A DNA stretch of 64,000 nt from the NCBI RefSeq assembly GCF_006345805.1, contig NC_042999.1, positions 49,848,001-49,912,000 of the forward strand, in the 5' to 3' direction. Shown here piece by piece: positions 11,364-24,839 of this stretch. Under the pieces are notes generated by a model that made no database searches, was not told the origin of the DNA, and saw only the letters and a program-made list of their open reading frames with translations. The position numbers were made by a program, and so were the translations under genes. Position 1 is the first letter of the stretch. Each line of letters starts with the position of its first letter. This stretch comes from Octopus sinensis. Its lineage: Eukaryota.

Positions 11364-12955
11364 TCTCTTATGTAATGTGATGTTACAGATATTCAGATAT
11401 ACATTCTAATATTTTGAAGTATTGGATTTTCAGTGATCTTTTTTATACACCAGGCAGGTATCCAATACCTTTCTTCAGATATTTCTTATGCAACCATAAA
11501 TGTTAGCTTATAACAACAAAAAAATCCTGAGAATAGATTAGCTTAGATTTAGTGGACCTGATATTGAAAATTTGATATTCAAACTAAACTGGCAATAAAT
11601 ATCCAATTTTTCATAATATTCTAATTTTCTGAGACTCACTGACATACCTGTAAATACATATATACAGACATGCACACACACCCATATACATGTGTGTGTG
11701 TGTGTATAGGAGAGATAAAGAAAGAAAGAAAATTATGCTCTTGTTAGTCATAAAAAATATCATTAGTTTATTATCAGAAGAGTTATTACTCCAGTTTATC
11801 ATTATCCTCTCCAGTTAATCAGACACTTTCAGTTAGTCAATATCATGTCACACTGTGACAACATCACTTCCAGCTAATCAGTATTATCTTCTTGATTATC
11901 TCTAAACCCAGAAGCTTTTTAATGTCTTGGAAAGCACAAGCATTTATTTTAGATATTTATGAGAGTTAGAGATTATTTAGAAGGATGGAGATTAAAAACA
12001 ACTTTAATAACTTACTTCTTTCATCATGTTTTTCATAGTGTATACACTCTAGAATTAATTTGGTTAAAAGGTTGTTTTTTTTTTATTGTGCTAATGTTCT
12101 TGGAAATAAATATAAATGAAGTTAATATTCCATCACAGTAAAGAATTTTCTGTGATGAAGTTGAAGAATACTAGACTCTAAATTAATAAGTTATGAGTTT
12201 CTTTCTCATCACTGGTGATATAGTGACTTTGGACAAGATACTGAAAACTTCCAGTCTCCGTTCACTGAGTTTCATATCAAAGAAGGTAAATGTTGACTGT
12301 TTGCCTATTTACGTTTATTTTATGTTTGTTTATTTCTCACATAAACATCATCTTCATTTTATGCTTGCTTCCTATACTGACATGGGTTGGATAGGTCATT
12401 ATACTCAGTTATTTTTTATTGATGATTGTTGGCCCCGTAGACTGGTACTTGTCTGTATAATTTGATTTAATTTCTATGGTTAGGTGCTCTTCCTGTCCCC
12501 TGTCGCTTTTCAGAATTTACTGGGTGCACTTTCTCATAGGACAGACATTGGAGAGGTTGAAAGATCACAAGGTCACAAATTTAGGATGAAGTAGCCTTTT
12601 TCTTCTTTTTTTTTTTTAAATAAAATTGACTCCACTATTTAACAGATAAAGGATAAAAGGAAAAGTTACTTCAGTAGGATTTGAACTTAGAATGTAAAGT
12701 GTTGGAATGGATATCACAAGACATTTTGTACACTACTCTAATAATTCTCCTTCTCTGTCACAGTCTCTTAGACTGATCTTTTGAATTCATTTAATTCACA
12801 CTCCTGACAATAATATCTTTCAAGTCTTTCTTTAGAAATATGTTTAATCAAATAAGAGAAATTAATTCTGCTCTGGAATTCTGGAATATAATGAAAACAC
12901 TTCAAAATAAGCAGATGTAACCACCTCAATTCATCACCTAGCTTACACTACTGAG

Positions 12956-13260
12956 GTTGTTTGTTCCTTCTCAAGCCATGCCTGGCTCATTAGGGCTGGT
13001 TTCCTGGTTTCCTTGGCGTATAGGTTCCCCACCTGGACGGGACACCAGTCCGTCGCAGGTGATCTGCAAGATGCAGGAGGAAAGAGTGTGAGAAAGTTGT
13101 GGCGAAAGAGTCAGTAGATGTTAGCCATTACCTCCTGCCAGAGCCACCTGGAGCTTAGTTGTTTCGATCATAAACACACACATTGTCCGGTCTGAGATTC
13201 GAACCTGCGATCCCTTGACAGCGAGTCTGCTGCTCTAACCACTAGGCCATGTGCCTCCAC
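12956..13260 (-). mobile_element. Family C tRNA-derived SINE with V-domain-like block
   Basis: Head GTGGAGGCACATGGCCTAGTGG...GGTTCGAATC, block CTGCGACGGACTGGTGTCCCGTCCAGG; 13-bp TSD ACACTACTGAGGT at 12945-12957 and 13259-13271. Confidence 0.8.
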
Positions 13261-14449
13261 ACTACTGAGGTAAAATTCTGTTTTATCTGTAGCATACCAC
13301 ATGCTCCTGAGAGTATCTTAAATCATAATTGGAATAACCTTAAGCAAGTGCTATGTTATTGTTGTTGCTTTAAGACCTATGATCAAAAGCATTCCATTTG
13401 TGACCATCCCATCTTTTTGTATATCAGTTTAGATTGTTTAATAGTCTTCTTTATATAAGATGATAAGATGATAGGATGTAATTTGTTAAAGATTAGGTTG
13501 CAATGTTTGGCACATTAAGCAACTATGTGGAGGCTTCTTCTATATTAAATCACAGATATGCTTTCATTTTTTTAGAAAACATTTGATTCTGTGAATCTAA
13601 CACTATTTTCTAATGAACAAGATCAAATACATTGTGGTGAGTTAAAAACATACCAAACTTATTAACATGACTCAATTTATTTTCTGAGGTGTGAAAATTC
13701 TTATTGTTGAGCTGGCCAGATCAGAGCAATCTCAAGATTAATCAGCCAAAATCGTGAGGATGATCCGGTTCTTGACTGAAGATTGACAGCTTCAAATGTC
13801 CCGTCCGTGTTTTTTGTGTCGTCTTCTAAATGTTTTGCGTTCTTGTCCCAATTTGTATTTTTTTACATATATATATATAAATAGCCGTGCATGTACCTTT
13901 TGTCTTTTATGTATATATACACACACACACATATATATATGATGGCCTTCTTTCAGTTTCCATCTACCAAATCCACTCACAAGGCATTGGTCGGCCCGAG
14001 GCTATAGTAGAAGACACTAACCATGTGGTTAGTAAGCAAGCTGGTTACCACAAAGCCACTCCATATATTTAGATAAAAGAATTTTCAAAAGTTTCATAAA
14101 ATCAGAATTTTGTTTGCAGTAGACATTGTGTCTTATTCCTTATGTTGATCACATATTGTATAATATATTTCTCATTACACAGTTTATTAACTACTTCCAT
14201 AGTAAAAGATTTTGTCTTTGTAACCCTTTCATAATTTGAATGTGAGCCAGTGGGAACCTGATATATTGAGTTCATAGAAGTGTTCAGAATAGGCTACAGA
14301 TGACTTTGGAAATGCTATTCACCACATATGTATATCCATTTCAACAACATATATTTCAAATGGGATTTGTTATTACTTTCATAATCCCAACTTCATTAAG
14401 AGGTTGATCACAGGAAATATATTAGTAACCTCTTATCACCCACTCAGAG

Positions 14450-14727
14450 CCATTCTGGGCATGGCCGTTGCCAGCGCATCCCCGACTGGCCTTGTGCCGG
14501 TGGCACGTAAAAAGCACCATCCGATCGTGGCCGTTGCCAGCCTCGCCTGGCTTCCATGCCGGTGGCATGTAAAAGCACCCACTACACTCACGGAGTGGCT
14601 GGCGTTAGGAAGGGTATGCAGCCGTAGAAACATTGCCAGATCTGACTGGGCCTGGTGCAGCCTTCTGGCTTCCCAGATCCCAGTTGAACCATCCAACCCA
14701 TGCTAGCATGGAAAGCGGATGCTAAAC

Positions 14728-14748
<21 letters not shown>
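14450..14748 (+). mobile_element. Family B repeat
   Basis: Two internal units, (GAT)n tail. Confidence 0.75.
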
Positions 14749-14758
<10 letters not shown>

Positions 14759-15000
14759 AATAAGAACCTAGATTATACATCTCACCTGATTGACTATTCC
14801 CGAAATTGTGATGATATTCTCTTAGTATTAGAACAGAATTAATCCTTTTGATACCAAACTGCTTGAAACCGCCCTTGCTTTTATGAAACAAATTCCCTAA
14901 TCTTCCTTTAAGTTTCATGTCAGCTTAATAATGGCAAATTTATCTTGATAAATTCTTCATTATTTTCAAAATTACTTAAAGCAAGACAATATATTTTAAT

Positions 15001-15389
15001 ACTCTTTTACTTGTTTCAGTCATTTGACTGTGGCCATGCTGGAGCACCGCCTTTAGTCAAGCAAATCGACCCCAGGACTTATTCTTTGTAAGCCTAGTAC
15101 TTATTCTATCGGTTCTCTTTTGCCAAACCACTAAGTGACGGGGATGTAAACACACCAGCATCGGTTGTCAAGCGATGTTGGGGGGACAAACAGACACACA
15201 TACACATATGTATATACATATATACGATGGGCTTCTTTCAGTTTCCGTCTATCAAATCCTCTCACAAGGCTTTGGTCGGCCTGAGGCTATAGTAGAAGAC
15301 ACCTGCCCAAGGTGCCATGCAGTGGGACTGAACCCAGAACCATGTGGTTCGTAAGCAAGCTACTTACCACACAGCCACTCCTACGCCTA
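15001..15389 (-). mobile_element. Family A SINE
   Basis: Full-length copy. Confidence 0.85.
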
Positions 15390-17087
15390 TATTTGTATAG
15401 AAATATTGTATTGAAAGTGTTGACCCTGTAAAGTGCAGAGGTATAATTTCACCCAGGTCTACTTCATCTTTAATTCAGGCAGAATGTGTTCCTTTTTCTA
15501 AGTTGGTTAGGTATGATTTGAGTGAGAGAGTTAGATACTATTTCTAATATTTTCCATGGCTATGTAGTAGATATTTCTTTGCTTCCTAACTCACTGGTTA
15601 CTTAGGCAGTTTCCAAAAAAATTTGTTTCTTCCTTAATTTTAATATCAATGTATTATAAAATAAAAATTGATCACTCAAATTTATCTGATTAAAAACAAG
15701 TTTCTAATAATTTTCTCTCTATAAAAAAATATTTTAAAAAATTGATAGAGGTTAGGAAAAAAAATTTTTTTTTAATTGAACTACATTTTTAGATTTACAA
15801 ATGGAAAGCTGCCAAACAATTTGTTGTTGTTTTGAGATATGTGAAAGGGTGGAAATAAAGCTTAGAGATGAAACTGGGTATTAATCTCATTAGTTCTTCA
15901 AAACTTGTTAAATGTGATAAATGAGTTAATTCTGCTTCTGAATCTTTTTGTGGTACATGTAATTAAAAGCTAATTATTTTCCTCAAACATATTCTGATTT
16001 ATATAATTAAAAATATAATAATATATTTGTAAACTATTTTGCAATATATGTAAATAAATAATACTCCCAAACATGCATATTTGTAAAATATTTGCATGTC
16101 TGAAAACACAAGCAGTTCTCGATAATACATAGAAAATATATCGGTAACCTTTAACCTCAATAACTGCATCTCTATAGGAGTTTTTCTGTTTATATATCCT
16201 TACCTTAACAACATCAAATTGTAATGAGTTAACCAAGTTCTTCAGTTGAAACACATTACTCCTCTCTCTAGATCGGGTATTCCTAATGTGGGACATAACC
16301 AGTGGGGCATGGGATCCTTTTTTTATTTTTAGTGGGATGTCAAATTTTGAAAATCTTTCTTCACAGCAAACATACTACACCTGTACTGTTTTTCTAGCCA
16401 CCGGTGGGGGAATACATTTTTCTGGGAAGTTATTGTGGGGACCAAGGGGAAAAACATATGTACACAACAGGCTTACCAAGTATATTCTCAAGGTACTGGT
16501 CAGCCCAAGGCTACATTAGAAGACACTTGCCCTAGATGCAGACCAGTGCAATACAACTTGAGATTAAGTGGTAACAAACCAACCCCACATCTACACATCC
16601 TATCCTGCACTTATCTTTTGCCTTTTACTTGTTTCAGCCATTTGACTGTGACTATTCTGGGGCACCAACTTGAAACGTTTTAGTTGAACAAATCGACCCC
16701 CAGGACTTTTTTAAGCCCAATACTTATTCTATCGGTCTCTTTTGCCGAACCACTAAGTTACAGGGACATACAAGCAGTGGTGGGAAATAAACATACATAC
16801 ATATATGACAGGCTTCTTTCCATTTCTGTCTATCAAATCCACTTACAAGGCTTTGGTTGACCCCTATGGTTATACTAGGCACTTGCTGAAGTTGCCCTAA
16901 GTGGGACTGAACCTGGAATCATGTGGTTGGGAAGCAAGCTATTTACCACACAGCTACACCTGCACTTATACACACACTCCTATATAAACACACATATGGA
17001 CCACACACACACACACACACACACACAAAACAAAACAACATTAATAGTCTGGTTTTGTTTTATCAAGTAAATTTTAATTTTATTTAT

Positions 17088-17392
17088 GTGCCCTTTTCAA
17101 GCCTAGTCAGGCTCAGGGGCCCGGTTTCCCAGTTTCTATGGCATATGTGTTCCCCCCAGCTGGACGGGACGCCAGTCCATTGCAGCGTTACTCAAGAAAC
17201 AGGAAGAAAGAGTGAGAGAAAGTTGTGGCAAAAGAGTAGAATAGGGGTTAACATCACTCCCTGCCAGAGCCTCATGGAGCTTTTATAGGTGTTTTCGCTC
17301 AATAAACACACACAAGGCCGGTCTGGGAATCGAAACTGCGATCCTCCGACCGCGAGTCTGCTGCCCTAACCACTGGGCCATTGCGCATCCAC
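17088..17392 (-). mobile_element. Family C SINE, second subfamily
   Basis: tRNA head and CTGCAATGGACTGGCGTCCCGTCCAG block; ~27-bp imperfect TSD (TATCAAGTAAA...) at 17061 and 17394. Confidence 0.8.
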
Positions 17393-18804
17393 ATATCAAG
17401 TAAAATCTTATTTTAATTATCAAGAGATTTTTCTTAGTTTCGGTAATATATTGGGGTCTGCTTTTCTTTTTTTTTCTTCTTTGTTTTGTTTTATTTTTTC
17501 TGCCACATTATCAGAATGGATTGTATTGTTAATATCATTCACTTGTTCTCTTTTAGAATTATATGCATTAAACATGTGCCTTTGTTGATTATTGGAAATC
17601 ATTGGAGCTAGCTTTAATTATATATTTTTTTGTGTTGTTATTATTTACTCTATATTTTCTTTTATGTCTTTAGATGTTTCTGATGCAAAACAAATAAATA
17701 AGAAACCAATTCCATCTCAATGGAAGGTGTCAATCTTTGTTTTGTTTAACAGATGGTATGGATGGTCTCTAGATTGCTTCTACATGATAAAATGTTCATT
17801 AATTTTTCTAATGATTAATGAAAAGTTGTGCACAGTAGGTGGGCTATAAGGATATAACTTCTTTTCTTAAGATTATCCAAACTAAAACATGTATTGAAAA
17901 TTTACAGGCTAACAAAGAACGTTGTACTGAAAAGTTCACTTGAACATAAATTAGATGTCCATTTGGTTTTGTGCCTACTTTCGTATGCTAGCATGAGTTA
18001 AATGAATATATATTATTGAGGCATTGTTTTACAATTTGATGTTTTTCCTATAGCAAACTGTATTTGTTTGCTATAACATCTCTGATTAAGTTATTTTCTA
18101 AACAATTCTATTATACTAACTTAGCCATGCCTTCATTACTACATTGCCAAATATGCTTCACTGAGGAGGTGAGAATAAGAGTGAAATACATCCTGAGTTG
18201 TCTTACAAACTTGGCATGTAGATTGAATGAAAGCAATATGAGTCATTGAATAATATTGTTTTTCTTCACATTACAATAATTTCTTGTTTGTTTATTAATC
18301 CCACTTGCATAAACTTTATTAACCCTAACTTAATTCAATGACTTGTTTTACGATTACAGAATTATTTTTTTTCAATTCCTTCTTTTATTTCTGGACTGCT
18401 GATGTCATACTTGCATAGGATTTTGGAAATTTGCTTAGTAACCTCACGGCTCTGGGTTCAATCACAGAATTTTGGTCAAGGGTCTTTTATCATAGTCTTG
18501 TGTTGAGAGGAATATTGGGTCCAGACACCAATATGCATACTCATGTGTGTGTGCGTGTATCCTTTACCAAGATATATCTATATATCAGCCAAGTATATTT
18601 AAAAAAATAAATAGGTAAAATCCATGCCAACATTTGTTCAGCACAAAGTTACAAAATCTCCTTTGTCGTTCTCACCATCATAAAAACAGCAAATAACTGG
18701 TTAGCCTAATGGATACCTATCACTACCAATGTTATTGTTCACATATAAAATCATATGTATAAATATAATAAATATGAATATTTATATATTCATATTTATT
18801 TTAT

Positions 18805-18977
18805 GGAGTGGCTGTGTGGTAAGTAGCTTGCTTACTAACCACATGGTTCCGGGTTCATTCCCACTGTGTGGCACCTTGGGCAAGTGTCTTCTGCTAAAGC
18901 CTCAGGCCAACCAAAGCCTTGTGAGTGGATTTGCTAGATGGAAACTGAAAGAAGCGCGTCATATATATGTATTTATA

Positions 18978-19013
<36 letters not shown>

Positions 19014-19237
19014 CGTGTGCCTGTGTGTATATGTCTGTCTGCCTGTGTTTGTCCCCCCCCCCCAACATCACTTAACAACCGATGCTGGTGTGTTTATGTC
19101 CCCGTAACTTAACGATTCGGCAAAAGAGACCGATAGAATAAGTAGTAGGCTTACAAAGAATAAGTCCTGGGGTCGATTCGCTCAACTAAAGGCGGTGATC
19201 CAGCATGGCCACAGTCAAATGACTGAAATAGTAAGAG

Positions 19238-19270
<33 letters not shown>

Positions 19271-19470
19271 ATTTATGTGTTTGTCCCCCCAACATTGCTT
19301 GACAACCGATGTTGGTGTGTTTACATCCCTGTAACTTAGCGGTTTGGCAAAAAAAACCGATAGAATAAGTACTAGGCTTATAAAGAATAAGTCCTGGGGG
19401 CGATTTGCTTGACTAAAGGCGGTGCTCCAGCATGGCTACAGTCAAAATGACTGAAACAAATAAAAGAGTA
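18805..19470 (+). mobile_element. Family A SINE plus a tandem second 3' half
   Basis: Full copy 18805-19240, then (TA)n(TG)n and a repeated 3' half 19265-19470, ending about 55 bp from the donor of the 19529-19612 exon. Confidence 0.8.
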
Positions 19471-19528
19471 ATTCATAACAAATATCAATTATTCATTAAA
19501 TAAGTTTGATGAGATTGATACAACTTAC

Positions 19529-19612
19529 ATGGTAAGTTTTGACATTAGTAATTCGACTGATACCAGTTCTTGGTCCAACAACAATCATATGCTCAGACTT
19601 GTGGCCTCCGTC
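19529..19612 (-). CDS. FRMPD4: FRMPD4-like exon (84 nt, phase 0-0): DGGHKSEHMIVVGPRTGISRITNVKTYH
   Basis: Not in the ORF track (too short). Acceptor tttctattttattgtag|GAC and donor CAT|gtaagt. Matches FRMPD4 [23 protein letters not shown] (FERM C-lobe). Confidence 0.88.
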
Positions 19613-19934
19613 CTACAATAAAATAGAAAATTTTAAATTGTTAATGTCACTTCCAATAAAAGAAAATGATATTTTGAAGCAAAGTAAAAAAAAAAAATTT
19701 ACATTTTTGTTAAACAAGATCAATAGATTTAGTTGACTATATAGAGATAGAAAAGGACTGTTATGTGACTGGAAAAAGTGAAGAAGTATGAATAAAAATA
19801 ATAATCCTTCCTACTATAGGCACAAAGCCTGAAATGTTGGGGAGGAGACAAGTTGATTACATTGACCCCAGTGCTTGACTGGTACTTATATTATTGACCC
19901 CGAAAAGAAGAAAAGGTAAAGTCAACCTTGGTGG

Positions 19935-20190
19935 AACATAAAGGCTGTTCCTGTTGTCATTGGCGCATTGGGTTCAATACCACCCAACCTGAAGAAATAT
20001 CTGGATATCTTAAGAAATGCCCTATAATCTTGATGTATTGCAAAAATTAAGCTTTACTTGGAATTGCATGCATACTGTGTAAAGTACTGTCTGTCTAATG
20101 CCTTTGTTGTGACTTGACAGACAGGACAAACCCCCGATACACACAATATCTTCAATCTACAACATCCCAATATTGGATACTGTGTGATGT
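19935..20190 (+). mobile_element. 3' fragment of an R4/Dong-like (RLE-endonuclease) non-LTR retrotransposon
   Basis: NIKAVPVVIGALGSIPPNLKKYLDIL...DVLQK, frameshift, then ALLGIACILCKVLSV* (stop 20096-20098). This fits the typical RLE C-terminal motifs PVVIGALG and QK.ALLGTA.ILRKVL. Confidence 0.7.
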
Positions 20191-20308
20191 CACCATAATT
20201 GGTTTTGAAATAATTACATTAAATTTGCTTATGAAGTTTATATATTGTGTAACGGAGAGCATCATAACAAACAGAGAATATTAAAGAGATATTTGTGCTG
20301 CCAAATTA

Positions 20309-20408
20309 NNNNNNNNNNNNNNNNNNNNNNNNNNNNNNNNNNNNNNNNNNNNNNNNNNNNNNNNNNNNNNNNNNNNNNNNNNNNNNNNNNNNNNNNNNNN
20401 NNNNNNNN
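20309..20408. other. Assembly gap (100 N)
   Basis: Run of exactly 100 N, typical of a placeholder gap of unknown size. Confidence 0.99.
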
Positions 20409-21676
20409 AAACTGGCAGAATTACTAAAAGTTAAGGACATGAGCTATTGTTTAACAAAATAATAAACAGCTAGTATTTATGTATGAAGAAGAAACAAGTC
20501 AATGAAAACTGAGTAGACAGCCAGTGGTACAAAAAAATATGCACCAAAAAGAAACTAGCAAAACAGTTGATATTATGCTGGTTAAATTAGAGAGATGGAT
20601 GAAGTGATATTGGTATGTGATGAGAATTCATTTTGAGAATAGCAGAAACAGTGTTCTTAGCAAATCACAGCTGACAGTAGCCAGAATCAAAGTGGATCAA
20701 TATACATAAGTGTGTGATGAGAATTGATGAGAAAGTGGTACAGGTTAATAAAATTAATCAGCCAAGTTAAAGTTAAATAAAAAGAAAAAAATGAAGATGG
20801 GACTATTTCTTACTAGGCTGCAAAATGAACAATCCGTATGACAACAATAATTCAGCAATAGAGATAATTTTCTTTTGAACTGAAGAAAGGAAAGCTATTG
20901 GAATCTGTGGTCAAGAATATCACAACTGCTGTAATGGAGAATTTTATCGGAACTGGTTGTAATGTAATGCAACTGATGATTGGTAAAAACAAAACTCAGC
21001 ATAGCAACTGGAAATAAGAGTAAGAAAACAATATAATTCTAAATTCAGTTTTCACAACTGAATTTACCATGGCTTGATTGAATAAAATAACCCTATGATT
21101 CTGTTAAAAGAATTTCTTTATCTGTGCCCCAACCCACTAAATAAAAAAGTGGAAACTAATTATATCTATAAAATGAATTAAAAAAAAAAAGAAATGAAAT
21201 ATATATGCATCTGACAAAGTCATTATAAAAATAATTAGCTCACACACACACACATACACTCGCAATATATATATACATATAAGTAAATTCTCAACTATAT
21301 TACATTTATCTTTAGAAAGAGATTCTTAAATCCAATTTCATTTTTGAGAGAGTTTTGAAACAATGAACAAAAATAAAATAAAATAAAATAAAATAGAAAT
21401 AATGAAAAACTGTTGTAGATAATTTTCTATTTCCTAAAAGAAGTCTGAGACAAAAACATGAAATGCAAATCGATGACTATCTAAAATTAAAGAAAGAAAG
21501 AGAATTGGACAGATTAGCAAAATGTTAGTGACAAGTGAAGGAAAAAGTAAATTCTTTTTCTCTTAAAGTTAAATGAATAATAATGCAGGAGCTTAAAATG
21601 TAGCTAAAAGTATTAAAAGACTGCAAACTAGATAAACAAATATTTACGTATTTCACTAAACAAAGATTCAAGCAAA

Positions 21677-22062
21677 TCTCTCTATATATAAAGTTGTCTG
21701 TGTATGGCAGCTTTGGTAGCCTTCAACTAACACTATCTCCTCCGAGACCCTGCAGCACAAGTTGACCAAAATTGAGAGTATGATAGAAGAAGGCTTGCTC
21801 TCCCTTCCGTAGAAGAAAACATTCAAATCGGATCATGTTAAAACCAAAAATTATTTACATCAAAAAGGTGCTTTTTTTCTCTGAAAATCCCTATTTTTTA
21901 CGATTCTTTGACTACTGTGTGACCATTTTTCGATGTATTTCAACCAGAAAAATGTTCACTTAATGAGAATAACAAGCTACATAATTCAAAATTTTTACTT
22001 TTCAAAAATGCCAATTCTAAAGGGTCAAAACAAACCTGAGCAACGCCGGGCGATACTGCTAG
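21677..22062 (+). mobile_element. Non-autonomous Helitron-like element (family H2)
   Basis: A|TCTCTCTATATATAAAG...CCTGAGCAACGCCGGGCGATACTGCTAG|T; closely similar to 59200-59594. Confidence 0.8.
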
Positions 22063-22671
22063 TAATTTTAAATACTTAAAGACTTCTACTTCAAAATCTC
22101 CATGGATATTTTTAGTTAGTCTTCTATATCTAGGATTCACTCATAAGGTAGTTTCTACATTCAATCTGATTGAAATATCTGACAAACATCCCTCTAATTA
22201 CAAAAACACATGAGCACGTCTACTTCTGCCATAAATAAGAAAAGACACATTTGGAAATGTTGTCCAAGATATGCTTCATAAAAAAAAGACATTTGGAATA
22301 AACATGACTGGAATATCTTTCATAGTAGATCTGTTTATCAATGTTGATCTTCCATGGTTGATACATTGAACAATGCTATAGTCCTTGATGTACAAAAAAG
22401 GAAAAACAGCATGTCATAGCTGGAATGTATTTCATCATAATTATAATTGCTCAAGACTAACCAGGGGTTAAACAACAAAAGCAAGTATTCTGATATTTAT
22501 TTCTTGTAGCTGCTTCCATATTTTGCGAAAAGAATAAAAAGAAAATTTTTTCCTCAAAAGTCATAATGATGTTGCTCTCATTATTCTGGATCATCAATAT
22601 CACTTCCTGTATTTCTATATTTACTTAAGAGTCAACAGATGTTTGATTAGCTCATTTGTATTTTCTTCCTC

Positions 22672-22790
22672 ATTTACGCCCATATCACTTTGAAAACACC
22701 GGTTCTCGTCTGATCACCAAAGTTAAGCAAAGTTGAGCCTAGTTAGTACTTAGATGGGTGACTGCTTAGAAAACCTAGGTACTGTAAACG
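22672..22790 (+). rRNA. 5S rRNA gene copy (variant type, probably a pseudogene)
   Basis: ATTTACGCCCATATCACTTTGAAAACACCGGTTCTCGTCTGATCACCAAAGTTAAGCAAAGTTGAGCCTAGTTAGTACTTAGATGGGTGACTGCTTAGAAAACCTAGGTACTGTAAAC is a full-length metazoan 5S with box A (AGTTAAGC) and box C. A TTTT run lies at 22801-22804. Confidence 0.92.
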
Positions 22791-22804
22791 TCTTACTATC
22801 TTTT

Positions 22805-23100
22805 GTGGAGGCACATGGCCTAGTGGTTTGAGCAGCGGACTCATGGTCGAGGGATTATGGGTTTGAATCTCAGACCTGGTGATGTGTGTGTTTATGAGCG
22901 AAACACCTAAGCTCCATGCGGCTCCGGCAGAAGGTAATGGCAAACTTCTGCTGACTCTTTCGCCACAACTTTCTCTCACTCTTTCCTCCTGCATCTTGCA
23001 GCTCACCTGCGACGAGCCGGCGTCCCGTCCAGATGGGGAACCTATATGCCAAGGCAATTGGGAAATTAAGAGCCAGGCGTGGCTTGAGAAGGAACAAACA
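22805..23100 (+). mobile_element. Family C SINE immediately downstream of the 5S copy
   Basis: Homologous to 12956-13260 over its full length. Confidence 0.8.
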
Positions 23101-23593
23101 TTTTCTCCATCATTTAACAGAAATAGCATGGATGTTTAAGTACCATACAGAGTACTGGATAACTAAAGGGCACTCCTTAGTTCAAAACATTTCAATAGTG
23201 TTGCCCTATGTCTATGAAAAAAACACTTAACTCCCAACAACTGAGACCACCTACTTCAAAAGAGATAGCATGGAAAGTATATGTAGTCGATTTGCTCGAC
23301 TAAAGGCAGTGCTCCAGCATGGCCACAGTCAAATGACTGAAACAAGTAAAAGGGTATTTATTAGAAAGGTAACTCTTATGAAATATTTACTCAACTATAA
23401 TCTTCTCGACATTTACCAAATCTTCTTTATATTTAATATATAGTGGCCACCTTACATAACACCTCTGCTTTTGTTATACAGAAGTCTCAATGAACATGAT
23501 GTCCAAAAATTTTGTTTGTGAAGATCTATTATGTAGTAAACATACATATTCTTTAGCTGTTAGTAATATGATAACAAAAACAGTTCTCTTTTA

Positions 23594-23997
23594 TCTCTTT
23601 TACTTGTTTCGGTCATTTGACTGCGGCCATGCTGGAGCACCACCTTTAGTCAAGCAAATCGACCCCAGGACTTATTCTTTGTAAGCCTAGTACTTATTCT
23701 ATCGGTCTCTTTTTGTCAAACCACTAAGTTACGGGGACGTAAACACACCACCATCAGTTGTCAAGCAATTTTGGGGGGACAAACACAGACACACAAACAT
23801 ATACACACACACATATATATATATATATACATTGATACAATGGGCTTCTTTCAGTTTCCGTTTACCAAATCCACTCACAAGGCTTTGGTCGGCCCGAGGC
23901 TATAGTACAAGACACTTGCCCAAGGTGCCATGCAGTGGGAATGAACCCGGAACCATGTGGTTGATAAGCAAGCTACTTACCACACAGCCACTCCCGT
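23594..23997 (-). mobile_element. Family A SINE
   Basis: Full-length copy. Confidence 0.85.
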
Positions 23998-24422
23998 GAT
24001 AAATAAATTGTAAAATTGGAGGAATGCAAGTGTGCTTCATGGGCTTTTATGTTACCTCTTAACATTCTGAATTCAAATATCAAAGAAGTGTATGTTTTCA
24101 CTCATCACTCAGATCACAATTAAATAAACATCAGTCATTGTGATTGATTCAGTTAAATAAGCTTTAGCCAGTTAGGAAAGTCATATACTGTGATTGGCTG
24201 ATTTCATTATAAATAGAGTCAACTAAATGAACATTAGTCATGTACTATTGTTGGTTTAATTGACTATAAGTATAGTCAATCAATTAAATAAGATTATCCA
24301 CATATTGTAGTCAATATAATTGATTTTTAACTCTCTCTTACAAGATCATGGCCATGAAGCAATGCCAAATATTATCAGAATAAAACCAACAATGGCATAC
24401 ACATTTTCTTAACCTTATAACC

Positions 24423-24627
24423 CTTTTACTTGTTTCAGTCATTTGACTTGGCCATGCTGGAGCACTGCCTTTAGTCAAGCAAATCGACCCCAGGACTCAT
24501 TCTTTGTAAGCCTAGTTTTTATTCTATCAGTTCTCTTTTGTCGAACCACTAAGTTACGGGGACGTAAATACACCAGCATCGGTTGTCAAGCGATGTTGAG
24601 GGGACAAACACAGACACACAAACATAT

Positions 24628-24677
<50 letters not shown>

Positions 24678-24839
24678 GACGTGCTTTCAGTTTCTGTCTA
24701 CCAAATCCACTCACAAGGCTTTGGTTGGCCCGAGGTTATAGTGGAAGACACTTGCGCAAGGTGCCACGCAGTGGGACTGAAACCGGAACCATGTGGTTCA
24801 TAAGCAAGCTACTTACCACACAGCCACTCCTACGCCTAT
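24423..24839 (-). mobile_element. Family A SINE
   Basis: Full-length copy. Confidence 0.85.

Noticed and set aside
12140-12290. Plus-strand exon-like segment (cacag|...AAG|gtaaat), with similar ones near 17674-17727 and 15794
   Set aside because: Stops or no recognisable homology; an antisense gene cannot be supported from sequence alone.
15970-16296. Minus-strand ORF with LQFDVVKVRIYKQKNSYRDAVIEVKG, faintly like the 6657-6761 exon
   Set aside because: No good acceptor in the required phase, and the similarity is too weak to separate from chance.
20410-21120. Purine-rich block faintly similar to 32100-32530
   Set aside because: No ORF and only scattered short matches; a dot-plot would be needed.
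22541-22564. ATG ACT TTT GAG GAA AAA ATT TTC (MTFEEKIF) on the minus strand, resembling MTFGGRIF of the 33.5-kb exon
   Set aside because: 19/24 nt match in A/T-rich sequence with no flanking similarity; likely chance.
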